From positions 36,501-100,500 of IMG/VR virus record IMGVR_UViG_2630968627_000001: DNA of 64,000 nucleotides; one strand, given 5' to 3'. Of the stretch, positions 48,953-58,313 are shown piece after piece. The stretch's first letter is position 1, and each line of letters begins with the position of its first letter. A model generated the notes under the pieces. It saw only the letters and a list, made by a program, of their open reading frames with translations, made no database searches and had not been told where the DNA came from. The position numbers were made by a program, and so were the translations under genes. Source of the DNA: a virus (Duplodnaviria; Caudoviricetes).

Positions 48953-50057
48953 ATTCGTACCCTACCTCTATGTTTTGTATGTCCGCATATACATGTCCCA
49001 GGGTGTTCAGGTTGACAGTGAACAGCAGGCCGTCCTCTACATCCAGAACAGACACCCCCGCTGGCAGGAACAGGCGCAAGGCTTCCGCCGTCTGCCATTT
49101 TTCTTGAAAGCTGCGACGAGCGATTACCATGGCGGCCAGCTTGTTCGTACCCCAGCGACTGAACGGGGTCGCCTCTACGGAGTTGTTGTACGCCTCCAGT
49201 ATAGACAGCCTCCGGGCCTTGCTGTAGGTGGTCAGGAGGTAGTCGAACAAAGACCCCATGATGTGGAAGGCCCATAGCGTAGCCTTTCCGTTCTTGCCTA
49301 CGATGGTTGGTATGTTACGGTGCCCGCCCATGACGTTATCGTCGTGGTACAGGTAATCGCTCAGTACCGAATACGTGGATACCCGGACGTGGTGGAATTG
49401 GCGCTTGCCGCCGCCATGGTAGGACGGGTAACCCTGGCCGCGCCAAGTCATACCGGAGTCCGGCAGGTTGTCCAGCATCTCGAACTTGCGGGCCGCAGAC
49501 GAGTGATGGACGTTCTTGGGCTTCTCTCCGTGCTTACCCTCGTAGCGGTACTCGTAGAACGCTTTGCGGTACTTGCCGCTGGCGATCTCGTCCTTGTTGA
49601 CAGCCAAGCAGATACAAGGAGACTCCGAGTAGGTAATCATCCGCGAGTAAGGCAGTCCCAGGTGGTCCAGGCTAAGGGCGTAGGTGATCGGGGCGTTGGA
49701 CCAGTCGTCTATCTTGTCCTGGGCCGCCGCCTCGTGGATGATGATGTCGGCTGCCGCGCCCAGATCCCAGCGATGGTACGAAGGTTTGTCGGGGTCCTGA
49801 TACCCTACGATGGCCCGCGAGGTGGCCGGGGTGATAAACCCGTAGGTAAGGGAGATGGGGCCGAAGCGGGCAAGGACAGGCTCCAGGATATTCTCGCAGA
49901 GGGCCTTGCCTTGCTCATAGGCCCCGGAGTCGTAAAACTCTTCTTCGGTAGGCGCGTTAATGAGTCCCTTCGTGTAGACCGAGTGCGTGCCTACCAGGTC
50001 CGACAACAGGAAGTTGTCAGACAGTTCGATCAAGGAAGGGGTCAGTAGCCGAGTCAT
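48945..50057 (-). CDS. Peptidase M15-like protein
   Basis: LSDNFLL, LCENILEPV..FGPI..TYGF, SYH....AAADI. Confidence 0.65.
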   Translation of the reverse strand: MTRLLTPSLIELSDNFLLSDLVGTHSVYTKGLINAPTEEEFYDSGAYEQGKALCENILEPVLARFGPISLTYGFITPATSRAIVGYQDPDKPSYHRWDLGAAADIIIHEAAAQDKIDDWSNAPITYALSLDHLGLPYSRMITYSESPCICLAVNKDEIASGKYRKAFYEYRYEGKHGEKPKNVHHSSAARKFEMLDNLPDSGMTWRGQGYPSYHGGGKRQFHHVRVSTYSVLSDYLYHDDNVMGGHRNIPTIVGKNGKATLWAFHIMGSLFDYLLTTYSKARRLSILEAYNNSVEATPFSRWGTNKLAAMVIARRSFQEKWQTAEALRLFLPAGVSVLDVEDGLLFTVNLNTLGHVYADIQNIEVGYEYD

Positions 50058-50058
50058 G

Positions 50059-50679
50059 TTAGTGAGCCAGGACGATGCGGCGGGTGATACCTACGCGAGA
50101 CGCTGCGATGGCTTCCGCTACGTTGGTGATCGACAGGTTGCCCAGCATGTCAGTAATCGCATGCTCGATGAAGGTGGGCCAGGTGCCCAGCAGGACGAAG
50201 TAGTTCTGCATCAAGTTGAAGACGGACTCGCGCAGCTCCGGGTCGTTGTGCTCGTTGTAGCGTTGCAGGTCTACCAGGACGTCTTCGCAGATCAACAGCA
50301 AGGCATTGGTGAGGTCCGCCAGCAGGGTCTCGCTAGTACGGGTGCCTTCCTCTTCCAGGGCCAGCAGGCAACGGGCGGTGACATGTCCTACCGAGTGGGC
50401 ATATACCTGATAGTCGGGGTCAGTGGACAGGGTGCGCAAGAACGCCTCCAGGCATGACGCCGGGAAAAGCAAGCCCATGTCCCAGCCTTTGGTGGTCGCG
50501 TATTCGCTGGCCTTGGCGATTACGTTGACCATTTTGGTGACAAACTCGCCCGCCTGTTCCTTGTACTTGGCAGCAAACTCTGGGTCCTGCTGTGCGTTCC
50601 AGTTGTCGCCCGTAGCCGACGCTTTGACCAGGATTACGTCCAGTGCCTGGTCCATTTCTTTCTGTTTGTTTTCGCTCAT
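50059..50679 (-). CDS. Hypothetical protein
   Basis: 206 aa helical, packed in the operon. Confidence 0.75.
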   Translation of the reverse strand: MSENKQKEMDQALDVILVKASATGDNWNAQQDPEFAAKYKEQAGEFVTKMVNVIAKASEYATTKGWDMGLLFPASCLEAFLRTLSTDPDYQVYAHSVGHVTARCLLALEEEGTRTSETLLADLTNALLLICEDVLVDLQRYNEHNDPELRESVFNLMQNYFVLLGTWPTFIEHAITDMLGNLSITNVAEAIAASRVGITRRIVLAH

Positions 50680-51032
50680 GTTGCCTTCCGAGAAGTTGCG
50701 CTGTTACGGGCCATCAGGTACATGATGGCATCCAGGCGCAGTACGTGGTTGTCTGGAATGTTGAAGGAGTATTCTACTTCTTCCGTCTCCTTGCCGTAGC
50801 GGACACTGTGTCGCATCAGGCCGACGTCAATCATGCGCTTGATGGTGGCTCGGATCTGGAAGTAGTCTCGCCGGCGCTGATCTGGGGTGGCATTCTTGCG
50901 GTCGAAGATGATAGACCAGATACGGTCAATGGTCAGGCCCTGGTCCGTCGGCAGCTCGGCCAACAGGCGGGCCGACAACGGGTTGCGGTAGGTATAGGCA
51001 TGGTGGCCAGGGCGGTACGTGCTTGCGGTCAT
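50676..51032 (-). CDS. Hypothetical protein, possible winged helix
   Basis: LTIDRIW...IRATIKRMIDVGLM...YSF. Confidence 0.6.
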   Translation of the reverse strand: MTASTYRPGHHAYTYRNPLSARLLAELPTDQGLTIDRIWSIIFDRKNATPDQRRRDYFQIRATIKRMIDVGLMRHSVRYGKETEEVEYSFNIPDNHVLRLDAIMYLMARNSATSRKAT

Positions 51033-51520
51033 TACTTTCTCCTGGGTCGGGCCACTCGGGCAACTGCTGGTGGCTGGGTGGTTGGGGCTACGATACGGCG
51101 TCTACTTACTCGCGCAGCAGGTTGTACAGCTTCAGGTGCCGGGGCCGCCCGTCGTGCGCGAGAACGCGGGGGTGGCGGCGGTGAGATACCCGCCTTTTCC
51201 AGCAAGCCGCTGACCAGATCTCCGTGGAGCATCTGGCGGGCAAAGTAGTCATACGACATGCGAACGAGGACTGGATACTGCATGCGGGACAACAGGCATG
51301 TACCGGCTTCCAGATCCCCGATGTTAATTCGGTCTTTGTGTACGTGCGTCACCTTGTCAAACTCGTCGTGCAATCGTTTGCAAATCGCATCGTACACCCC
51401 GTCCTCTACCAACGAATCCATCTCGATGTAGTAGCCGTACGACAACCCCAGATACAGGGACGCGAGCTGGTTAAGGTCGAGCCTCGGTATCATGCTGGGG
51501 GTCAGTTGCATGATGGGCAT
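51032..51520 (-). CDS. Stand-alone NAD-ligase domain Ia-like protein
   Basis: YGYYIEMDSLVEDGVYDAICKRL matches YY..D.P.VSD.EYD.L; no KxDG adenylation domain. Confidence 0.65.
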   Translation of the reverse strand: MPIMQLTPSMIPRLDLNQLASLYLGLSYGYYIEMDSLVEDGVYDAICKRLHDEFDKVTHVHKDRINIGDLEAGTCLLSRMQYPVLVRMSYDYFARQMLHGDLVSGLLEKAGISPPPPPRSRARRAAPAPEAVQPAARVSRRRIVAPTTQPPAVARVARPRRK

Positions 51521-51849
51521 CCATCGTGATGGAAGTGCATAGGGTCGTCATGCGGGCAGCAGAGGGTGCCGCATTTACTGCATTCGCCATGCCCCAGGTC
51601 GCAGATCTTCAGCAGGATGTCGGCCGCCATGATGGCGTCAGCGACGTACCCGTAGCAGTGCGGGTTTGTCTGGATGATGCGGGTGGTGTGGGCCAAGGCC
51701 AGGTGTACCTGCTGGTCCAGTTCGCCCAGCTTCGCCATATGGCCGGTCAGTTCAGCGACATCTTTTTCCAGCATTATCAGCGAACCCTGGTGTTTACGGC
51801 GGTCCAGCCAGGCCAGATATTCGTTGATCTTCTCAATGGATTGCAGCAT
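51502..51849 (-). CDS. Hypothetical protein with Cys/His-rich tail
   Basis: C..C..CCPH..HFHHDGCPSC. Confidence 0.7.
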   Translation of the reverse strand: MLQSIEKINEYLAWLDRRKHQGSLIMLEKDVAELTGHMAKLGELDQQVHLALAHTTRIIQTNPHCYGYVADAIMAADILLKICDLGHGECSKCGTLCCPHDDPMHFHHDGCPSCN

Positions 51850-51851
51850 GG

Positions 51852-52097
51852 TTATCTCCGTCTGCGTGACACCCGCAACGGGGCGTCGGGTTCTTGTTTC
51901 GGTTCTACCAGAGGCAGGCCCTTGCGTCCTTTCTCATACGCCTGTTCAAGGGCGATAGAAACCGCCGCCAGTAGCAGCAGTTCCTTGTTCTCCCAGGGGC
52001 GTATGGCTTCTCGCGCCAGGTCGCCTAGCCCGTTCTTCTCCAGTACCTTCTTGGAGCGGTTGTAGGCGTCCTGGACTTGATCTGCAATAAGCCCCAT
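51852..52097 (-). CDS. Hypothetical protein
   Basis: Start reset to ATG 52097 (GGAG). Confidence 0.65.
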   Translation of the reverse strand: MGLIADQVQDAYNRSKKVLEKNGLGDLAREAIRPWENKELLLLAAVSIALEQAYEKGRKGLPLVEPKQEPDAPLRVSRRRR

Positions 52098-52099
52098 GG

Positions 52100-52519
52100 C
52101 TACTCCGCTGTGCGCGTGAATGCGCCCTTGAAGCGCCCCCAAGGCGACAACTCCGGTTCCGGTTCTACCGATTCCAGAATACGCAGGTCGCCGTACAGAT
52201 TCTGAAGGTCCGGGTCGGTGGGGTCATAGCCGGAGGATATGGACAGGATCTCGAACACATTGGTGCTCAGACGGCCAGCCAGCCACACATCGGCCGGGAG
52301 GTCCGACGGGTGCTGTATGACGTAGGATCCGAATACCATTCGCCCGTACGAACGGTTATTGGCCCATACCAGTCCTTTAACTTCTCCGCTGACAGGCCCG
52401 GACGAGTTACTGATTATCTTGATCGTCGTCAGTACCATATGGCGAGGCTGGGTTGTGTCCAGGGTGGGCTCTTCTTTGCCTGCTCGACGACGCACCGGGA
52501 TTTTGTATTGCTCGCTCAT
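52100..52519 (-). CDS. Hypothetical protein
   Basis: Start reset to ATG 52519 (ATGA overlap). Confidence 0.65.
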   Translation of the reverse strand: MSEQYKIPVRRRAGKEEPTLDTTQPRHMVLTTIKIISNSSGPVSGEVKGLVWANNRSYGRMVFGSYVIQHPSDLPADVWLAGRLSTNVFEILSISSGYDPTDPDLQNLYGDLRILESVEPEPELSPWGRFKGAFTRTAE

Positions 52520-53055
52520 ACCTTCACCCCGATCTCGGCTGCGCGAGCTTCCCAAACCAGTTGCTTGAGTGCCTGCTTGATGGTGTTCTGGAAGGACAGC
52601 TCGCCGTACTTGGCCTTGGCCCGCAGGACCAGAGACGAATTCAGACTGGCGAACAGTACGCGGTACGTGCCTTCATTCTGCGCCATGCTGCGGACGAAGC
52701 TAGACAGGCGGTTCAGGGAGTCGGCTTCGTACGTCTCGGGGGCGTTCTCTGGCGCTTCAATCGTGTTCGGCATGAACGTGTACATGTGCAGGGCGTTGTT
52801 GTTGGCCAGCTTGTAGGCGGTGACCTCGGCGCTGTCGTCCTTGCCTACTTCCATGTGCGATGGGGTGACCGTCCAGCCCTTCGTCAAGAACTTGGCGGCG
52901 TGGGCGTGCATGACTTGCTCAAGGCTGTATTTCAGCGGGTTGTCCAGGGCGTCCTGGTGCAGCTCGCGGTAGTAATCCACCCCGGCTGTGCTTGCCTCCT
53001 GGGCGAGTGCGCCAAGGGCCGCCATATCTTGCTTGTTGAATTGTGCTTGTTGCAT
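52516..53055 (-). CDS. Hypothetical protein
   Basis: 179 aa, GGAG RBS. Confidence 0.75.
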   Translation of the reverse strand: MQQAQFNKQDMAALGALAQEASTAGVDYYRELHQDALDNPLKYSLEQVMHAHAAKFLTKGWTVTPSHMEVGKDDSAEVTAYKLANNNALHMYTFMPNTIEAPENAPETYEADSLNRLSSFVRSMAQNEGTYRVLFASLNSSLVLRAKAKYGELSFQNTIKQALKQLVWEARAAEIGVKV

Positions 53056-53129
53056 TGGTTGCTCCGGTTAAGAAAAGGTGTTGCTGGGTGTATTGTAGTC
53101 GAACAGTTGAGTCGTGGGCCGGCACTGAT

Positions 53130-53411
53130 TCAGATGTCGTCTGATACCAGCTTGGCCAGGTCTTCAAAGTGTTCTCTTACAGCTTGGGTTCCGTGCTGGC
53201 TGAAGTGCAGCAGGACATTTGTCAGTGGAAGCATTCTACCCTTTTTGTAGTAAAAGGTGAGCGTGCCTGCACAGGGTTTACTCGGATCGGTAGGGCAGGG
53301 GTGTACGTGGTCCTGGTTGTACCGAATGTCTCTTATTCTATCGGCGGCCGCGACCTTGTCGCCGTGGTGACGCATCGGGCACCCCGCGCAAATCGTTGGC
53401 AACGGTTGCAT
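53130..53411 (-). CDS. Cys-rich protein (DUF6283-like)
   Basis: CAGCP...HPC...PCAG. Confidence 0.55.
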   Translation of the reverse strand: MQPLPTICAGCPMRHHGDKVAAADRIRDIRYNQDHVHPCPTDPSKPCAGTLTFYYKKGRMLPLTNVLLHFSQHGTQAVREHFEDLAKLVSDDI

Positions 53412-53688
53412 GTGGCTTCTTATGGTTCAGGATCAGGATACGGGACAGGATAGGAGCGGCTACGATGCGAAGGATCTGCGCTTCTTCATTTTCGTTGGCA
53501 GGACGTTCGTTGACGTCGGTGAGCCAGCCCGGAAGTCTTTGGGTGAAGCTGTGGTGGCCTGCTGTGACCAGCAGCTTGTATTGCTCTTGCTCCACGGTCC
53601 ATTCGATTTGTACGGGATCTAAATCGGGGGCCTGGGATGCAACGCCGGTCAGGACATGGCCTTCGACCAGCTCGTGAATTTCTTGCAT
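53338..53688 (-). CDS. Hypothetical protein
   Basis: Start reset to ATG 53688 (AAGGAG). Confidence 0.65.
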   Translation of the reverse strand: MQEIHELVEGHVLTGVASQAPDLDPVQIEWTVEQEQYKLLVTAGHHSFTQRLPGWLTDVNERPANENEEAQILRIVAAPILSRILILNHKKPHATVANDLRGVPDASPRRQGRGRR

Positions 53689-53748
53689 GGGGGTCTCCTT
53701 GAATCTGCCGGAATTGTACATGACAGACCCAAGGAGTGGCGAGCACAG

Positions 53749-53988
53749 TTACGGTCGATTGGCCAGGTACATCATCAGCGCCCATACCAAGAGCAGGACA
53801 GCAACGATGGCTAGAACCATGAGGATGACGCGCACGATGGCTTCAGGCATGGATCCTGGAGACAGATGGCCATGGCGGTCGCACAGATCTACGACGCCGT
53901 AGAAGTTGGCGATGACGCCCATGTAGATGATCCCGCAGATGACTGCGATAAACATCAGAGGGACTACCAGCCCGTTAATCATTGCCAT
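53749..53988 (-). CDS. Two-TM membrane protein
   Basis: Two long hydrophobic stretches. Confidence 0.65.
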   Translation of the reverse strand: MAMINGLVVPLMFIAVICGIIYMGVIANFYGVVDLCDRHGHLSPGSMPEAIVRVILMVLAIVAVLLLVWALMMYLANRP

Positions 53989-54700
53989 TGGTCGCCCCTT
54001 TCTTCGCGTCTTGCTGGCCCTGGATGTAGCCGTGGGCTCGCCCGCTGGAGTAGCTGGTGTCCTCGAATAGACCCATACCGTTGAGGACTGACAGGATCTG
54101 GTTGCGCATGGCCTCCGGGGTCTGCTCCGGTAGATCTTTCGGGTCTATCTTGGCAATCTGCTCTGTAGCCGAAATCAGAGATACGTTCAGGCCGATGCCA
54201 CGTTGGGCCTTGATGTGTACTCGCCCCGCGATGTAGTGCCAGTCGTGCTTGCGCCCGGTCACCTCAGAGGCTCGCTTGCAGTATGCTTCCGCCTCCTCCT
54301 TGGAAATGTCGAACAGGCCGACGGAGACCCCGTAGGTGAATACATCTGCATCGCACGTCTCCGGGTTGGCAGGGCCAGTAGACAGGGCGGTGGTGGTCTC
54401 GGACTCCAGGTGGCCACGTCGGCGACCCCGCATAAAGCCCCAGTGGTAGAACAGAAGCTCTTTGACAGTGGTGATACCTTCCGGGGGTCGGAACTCACCG
54501 CCCGGGCCAACCGTAAAGATCACACGCATGCGGGTTCGCAGGTGCGGGTAGTGGTTCATGAGTTGTGCCCATTCTTCCTGTGTCCAGGATTCCAGGGTCT
54601 CCAGTAACAACGCCTTATTCGCGGGATCTGGGCTATCCGACAGAATATCCAATACCTTTCGTACTTGCTGGGTATTTGCGATTGCTGTTTGGTCCGTCAT
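53975..54700 (-). CDS. Hypothetical protein
   Basis: 241 aa; DWHYIAGR motif. Confidence 0.7.
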   Translation of the reverse strand: MTDQTAIANTQQVRKVLDILSDSPDPANKALLLETLESWTQEEWAQLMNHYPHLRTRMRVIFTVGPGGEFRPPEGITTVKELLFYHWGFMRGRRRGHLESETTTALSTGPANPETCDADVFTYGVSVGLFDISKEEAEAYCKRASEVTGRKHDWHYIAGRVHIKAQRGIGLNVSLISATEQIAKIDPKDLPEQTPEAMRNQILSVLNGMGLFEDTSYSSGRAHGYIQGQQDAKKGATNGND

Positions 54701-55209
54701 GTTCTTGTTCCTTGTCTTTCTGCATCAATGGCCGCCTCTACTGCTGCATAGGCGGAGGGATACCAATGGTTCTGTGTTTCACCATCGGCAGGCCAGTATA
54801 CGCCCCATCGGGTTACTCCTTCCACTGTATGTGAGGCCAGTTGTCCCCCAGTATCGGACAGGTATCGAAGAACCTCCTCGGTGGAGTAACGATTAGGCTG
54901 TGCAATCGATTGCAAAGTGCCTAAAGCGGCAGACCATCCGGGTGTGCGCCCCAGGAAAGTGCCGTCCCATTCCTTGTCGTAGGGTGGTAGGCGCTTGGCC
55001 AGGTTGGCGTCGGCCGGGGCCATGTGCCAGCTTACCTGGGTGCCGTTGGGTAAATCGACGTAGACAACGGTGCCCCAGCCGTCCGTTCCTTTGGGGTCTA
55101 CTCCGCGCCCCGCCCGCCAGCCTGCCGCCAGGGCCGTGTGGGCCAGGGCTACGGCCAGCTCATTGCGCTCGGAGTAGACGCGATCAATACCGTGCTGTTT
55201 GTCCATCAC
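54697..55209 (-). CDS. Hypothetical protein (WDGH-domain-like)
   Basis: VYSERNEL..VYVDLP..QVSWH..EWDG. Confidence 0.6.
   Translation of the reverse strand: MMDKQHGIDRVYSERNELAVALAHTALAAGWRAGRGVDPKGTDGWGTVVYVDLPNGTQVSWHMAPADANLAKRLPPYDKEWDGTFLGRTPGWSAALGTLQSIAQPNRYSTEEVLRYLSDTGGQLASHTVEGVTRWGVYWPADGETQNHWYPSAYAAVEAAIDAERQGTRT
54900..54915. repeat. GTGCAATCGATTGCAA palindromic site (exact, intragenic)
   Basis: Core 54901-54914. Confidence 0.9.
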
Positions 55210-55880
55210 AGATCCTTGTGGTGATTAACGATACAAGGGTGGGACAGCTCCACCTCAGCCCGGTCGCACACTGCGCAAAGAGAAAGGGCTACCTGGCCGT
55301 TACGGTCCTTGATCTGGTCTGGGACGAATCCCTTGGGGTCTTTGTCATTGAACAGGCGATGGAACAGGCCGTAGGCTGGCTCCATAGGTAACCAACCCAG
55401 AGGGATAGGTTTGCACGAGATAAAGGCGTCTTCGCTCCAATCCCATCCCGCTGCCTCCCACCCCTCGTCCGTATGGAACCCTATCGTCCAGAACGCCTTT
55501 GAGTCATCGCGTGTAGTGGCGTGAGGATGGCTGGCCAGCAGGCGTACCATGGTGCCGTCTTTCGGCGCGTCCTCCATCGGCAGGTATGCGACAGGGTTAT
55601 CAAAGTAGCCCAGATCGACGGCGGTCTCTACGTTGGCCATGACGGTGGTCGCTTCGCTGCGCTCCATGCCGCCCGACTCGCATACGCGGATAAACCCCCG
55701 CATGGCGTTCAATGCGCGGCCTCTGTGAAGCGCGAGGTACGAGTCTATGTCCGTGGTAGGGGGAGGCGGATTTAACGCGCTGGTGACCGCCTGGGCCAGC
55801 TCTGCGTCGTCTGTGATACCGGAGGCGCGGGCCTCGGCCAGGACAGCGAGGATCTTCTCGCGCAGTGGATTGTGTTCCAT
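55206..55880 (-). CDS. Hypothetical protein with DUF551-like domain
   Basis: PMEDAPKDGT...PLGWLP. Confidence 0.65.
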   Translation of the reverse strand: MEHNPLREKILAVLAEARASGITDDAELAQAVTSALNPPPPTTDIDSYLALHRGRALNAMRGFIRVCESGGMERSEATTVMANVETAVDLGYFDNPVAYLPMEDAPKDGTMVRLLASHPHATTRDDSKAFWTIGFHTDEGWEAAGWDWSEDAFISCKPIPLGWLPMEPAYGLFHRLFNDKDPKGFVPDQIKDRNGQVALSLCAVCDRAEVELSHPCIVNHHKDL

Positions 55881-55892
55881 GTATTGCTCCTA

Positions 55893-55916
55893 GAAGAGAA
55901 ACGCCCCGAAGGGCGT
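55893..55916 (-). terminator. Terminator-like hairpin
   Basis: ACGCCC-TTCG-GGGCGT then TTCTCTT. Confidence 0.65.
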
Positions 55917-55929
55917 ACTAAGTGGATGA

Positions 55930-56976
55930 TTACGTGCGTTTGGCCTCGGGGGCTTCCTGGCCCTCTGGACGGGTGACGGCTATGCAGGCGGCCCCCAGGC
56001 TACCCGGAAGCATCGGTACTACCAACGACTCACAAGGCTGGAATGTGCCGGACTGGTCATACAGGCAATCCCGTGACTTGTCCGCTATGTCGTGCAGCGC
56101 GTCGCGTACCTGGTTGGCGGTTGGCTCGCAGGGGAACGCCAGAGTGACTTCGATCTGGATAGCTGGCCGGCCAGCTTGGGGCAGATCTGGTTGTGGATTC
56201 GATAGCTCCCGGATCTTATCCAGGATGGTCTCGTACTCCAGTGAAGTCAACAAGGTGTGATGCGCGACGTACTTCATGGTGTCTGTATCCCACGATACGA
56301 CTGTGGCAGCGGCTACCTTGATAGGCACGTTGTCGGTATCATACATGGTAGGTGTGGATAGCAGGATGTCCACGTTCTGGCGGCCTTCGGGTGTGCTTTT
56401 TGCTATTTCGCTCGCGCCAGGAACCAGCCCTACGATCTCTTCCGGGAAGGGTAGCCAGCTCTCCCGTACTTTGGGCTTGTGTACCAGCTCAATGGGGCCG
56501 TATGTCCGCAGGGACTCGCGCACCTTCTTTCGCATGGACTTGGCCTTCTTGATTATGCCGGGGTGTTGCACCCCTCGTCGAAGACTTTCGGCGTTGCTTT
56601 CCGCCAATACCGACAGAAACCCGGTATCGGGGCGTTTGGCCAGCAACAAGTAAGAGTATTGGGTGGCGTAGCTGGCCTGCCAGTGGTCGCCGGGGTGGTT
56701 ACCGTAATGTACCTGGACCAGGTAGCAATCCCCTCCTGCCTCCTCGTGAGACCGCGCCGCCTGCCGCAGCTTGTATGACTTGTGGAAGTACGAGGAAATC
56801 GCATGCTCTGCTGCTTCATCCGTGTAGTGGTATACATGGGCCGCTTTCACGCCCATCTCTCGTCCATGGGTGACGCGTCGAGCGGTCAGCCCGTCTACCA
56901 GCAACTTGATCCGGTTGATCCCGACAGGGCCAATGGCCAGCTTAGGCTTGATCGGGTATTGCTTATCTGTTGGCAT
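55930..56976 (-). CDS. Hypothetical protein
   Basis: 348 aa, AAGGAG RBS. Confidence 0.75.
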   Translation of the reverse strand: MPTDKQYPIKPKLAIGPVGINRIKLLVDGLTARRVTHGREMGVKAAHVYHYTDEAAEHAISSYFHKSYKLRQAARSHEEAGGDCYLVQVHYGNHPGDHWQASYATQYSYLLLAKRPDTGFLSVLAESNAESLRRGVQHPGIIKKAKSMRKKVRESLRTYGPIELVHKPKVRESWLPFPEEIVGLVPGASEIAKSTPEGRQNVDILLSTPTMYDTDNVPIKVAAATVVSWDTDTMKYVAHHTLLTSLEYETILDKIRELSNPQPDLPQAGRPAIQIEVTLAFPCEPTANQVRDALHDIADKSRDCLYDQSGTFQPCESLVVPMLPGSLGAACIAVTRPEGQEAPEAKRT

Positions 56977-56979
56977 GTT

Positions 56980-57189
56980 TTACTCCTTGATGCAGGACAT
57001 AGCTGCTGATGTGGCGGACCCTGGATAGAACATGTAGCAGGCCACCCCGTTTTGGATGTCTTTGTACTTGTAGAACTTATCCCCCAGTTGCTCCCACTTT
57101 TCCGTGTACGCCCTGGGGGTGGCCACCTCTATTTCTGCCGTGCAGCCGACCAGCAAAGACAGGGCGGCAATTACTATCGCGTGCTTCAT
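56980..57189 (-). CDS. Small lipoprotein
   Basis: Lipobox LSLLVGC; GVACY..MSC. Confidence 0.7.
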   Translation of the reverse strand: MKHAIVIAALSLLVGCTAEIEVATPRAYTEKWEQLGDKFYKYKDIQNGVACYMFYPGSATSAAMSCIKE

Positions 57190-57253
57190 GTACTTCTCCG
57201 TGTGTTTGGTTCAGTCAATAATAACGGGGTGAAGGCGGCCAGGCCGCCAACAC

Positions 57254-57568
57254 TTACTTCTTGTCGGGTTCGGTGAATACAGGAGGATCCAGGTCTAGCA
57301 CCTCTGGGTCTTCGGTTGGTACGTGGTAGGCTGGGGGCGGACCCTCGTCTTGGTACGCCCAGTGGGTGGGGTCCTCCATGCCGTGCTCTGTCTCCCAGTA
57401 CCAATACTCAATGTGGGGCATCTCCCAGGACTCCTGCTCGTACACCCAGGTTCCGTTGAAGTCGATCTCCCGGAGGTTGCCATCTTCGTCGAACCGGGCC
57501 AGGTACAGCGGACGCTCGTTATTCTTGGGCGCGGTTTCGATGGGTTGCCATTGTGGTTGAGTAGTCAT
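57254..57568 (-). CDS. DUF551-like protein
   Basis: WQPIETAPK...PTHW. Confidence 0.7.
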   Translation of the reverse strand: MTTQPQWQPIETAPKNNERPLYLARFDEDGNLREIDFNGTWVYEQESWEMPHIEYWYWETEHGMEDPTHWAYQDEGPPPAYHVPTEDPEVLDLDPPVFTEPDKK

Positions 57569-57572
57569 GGTG

Positions 57573-58313
57573 TTACAGGGAGAAGGGTTGCGGTGCCAGG
57601 GTGATTCCCTTGTACACGATGGTGCCGCCCTGGTAGACCAGCAGGATACGACCGGCCAGCGCGGTGTCCCCGGTCAACTCGCCTACCGCGTCAGCGCCCC
57701 AGGCTACGACATCCAGCGAAATCAACGAAGGGTTGCGCGTAAGCTCCGGGTCGATCCAGTTTCGGACGTACCCGAATTGCCCGTTTCGTTGCAACCAGGG
57801 GCCTACTTCGGTGGGCTGTTGCTCGGACAGGCGAACGGTGAAGTCGGTGCAGTCGCCGTACAGCTTGCGGAACGCTTTGGTCAGCTTCTTGAGAGGCTTG
57901 GCGTATCCCTTGGGGCTAAGGTTCGGGTGGACCATCCCGAAGTCACGAGGGGATACCGCCATAACACTATCCACCCCGCTGTCGCCCTCTACTACGAACA
58001 GGAAGACCAGGACTGGACCAGCCAAGGAGCTAAAGTGGACTCGGTGGCCAATGATGCGGTGGGTTTCCAGCCAGTCGCCCAGCTCTGACCGCAGGTACAG
58101 GTTGTTGGCCAGCTTTTCTCGGATTTCATCCCCGTCCATCTCCAGGACGGCCAAGGGGGTCGCGTCCAGTGGGGAGTTGTGTGCGTGGAAGCCGTGACGT
58201 ACGTCTTCGTTCAATACTTCCGTGACGCACTCCAGGATCTCAGGCTTCCAGGTGCTGTCGATCTTGTTACCAGCGGCGTCGTACTGGATGTAGGTTGGTT
58301 TAAGTGTCTTCAT
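57573..58313 (-). CDS. Hypothetical protein
   Basis: Start reset to ATG 58313 (GGAG). Confidence 0.7.
   Translation of the reverse strand: MKTLKPTYIQYDAAGNKIDSTWKPEILECVTEVLNEDVRHGFHAHNSPLDATPLAVLEMDGDEIREKLANNLYLRSELGDWLETHRIIGHRVHFSSLAGPVLVFLFVVEGDSGVDSVMAVSPRDFGMVHPNLSPKGYAKPLKKLTKAFRKLYGDCTDFTVRLSEQQPTEVGPWLQRNGQFGYVRNWIDPELTRNPSLISLDVVAWGADAVGELTGDTALAGRILLVYQGGTIVYKGITLAPQPFSL

Noticed and set aside
51032-51520. Functional NAD-dependent DNA ligase
   Set aside because: Only 162 aa; lacks KxDG and the OB domain
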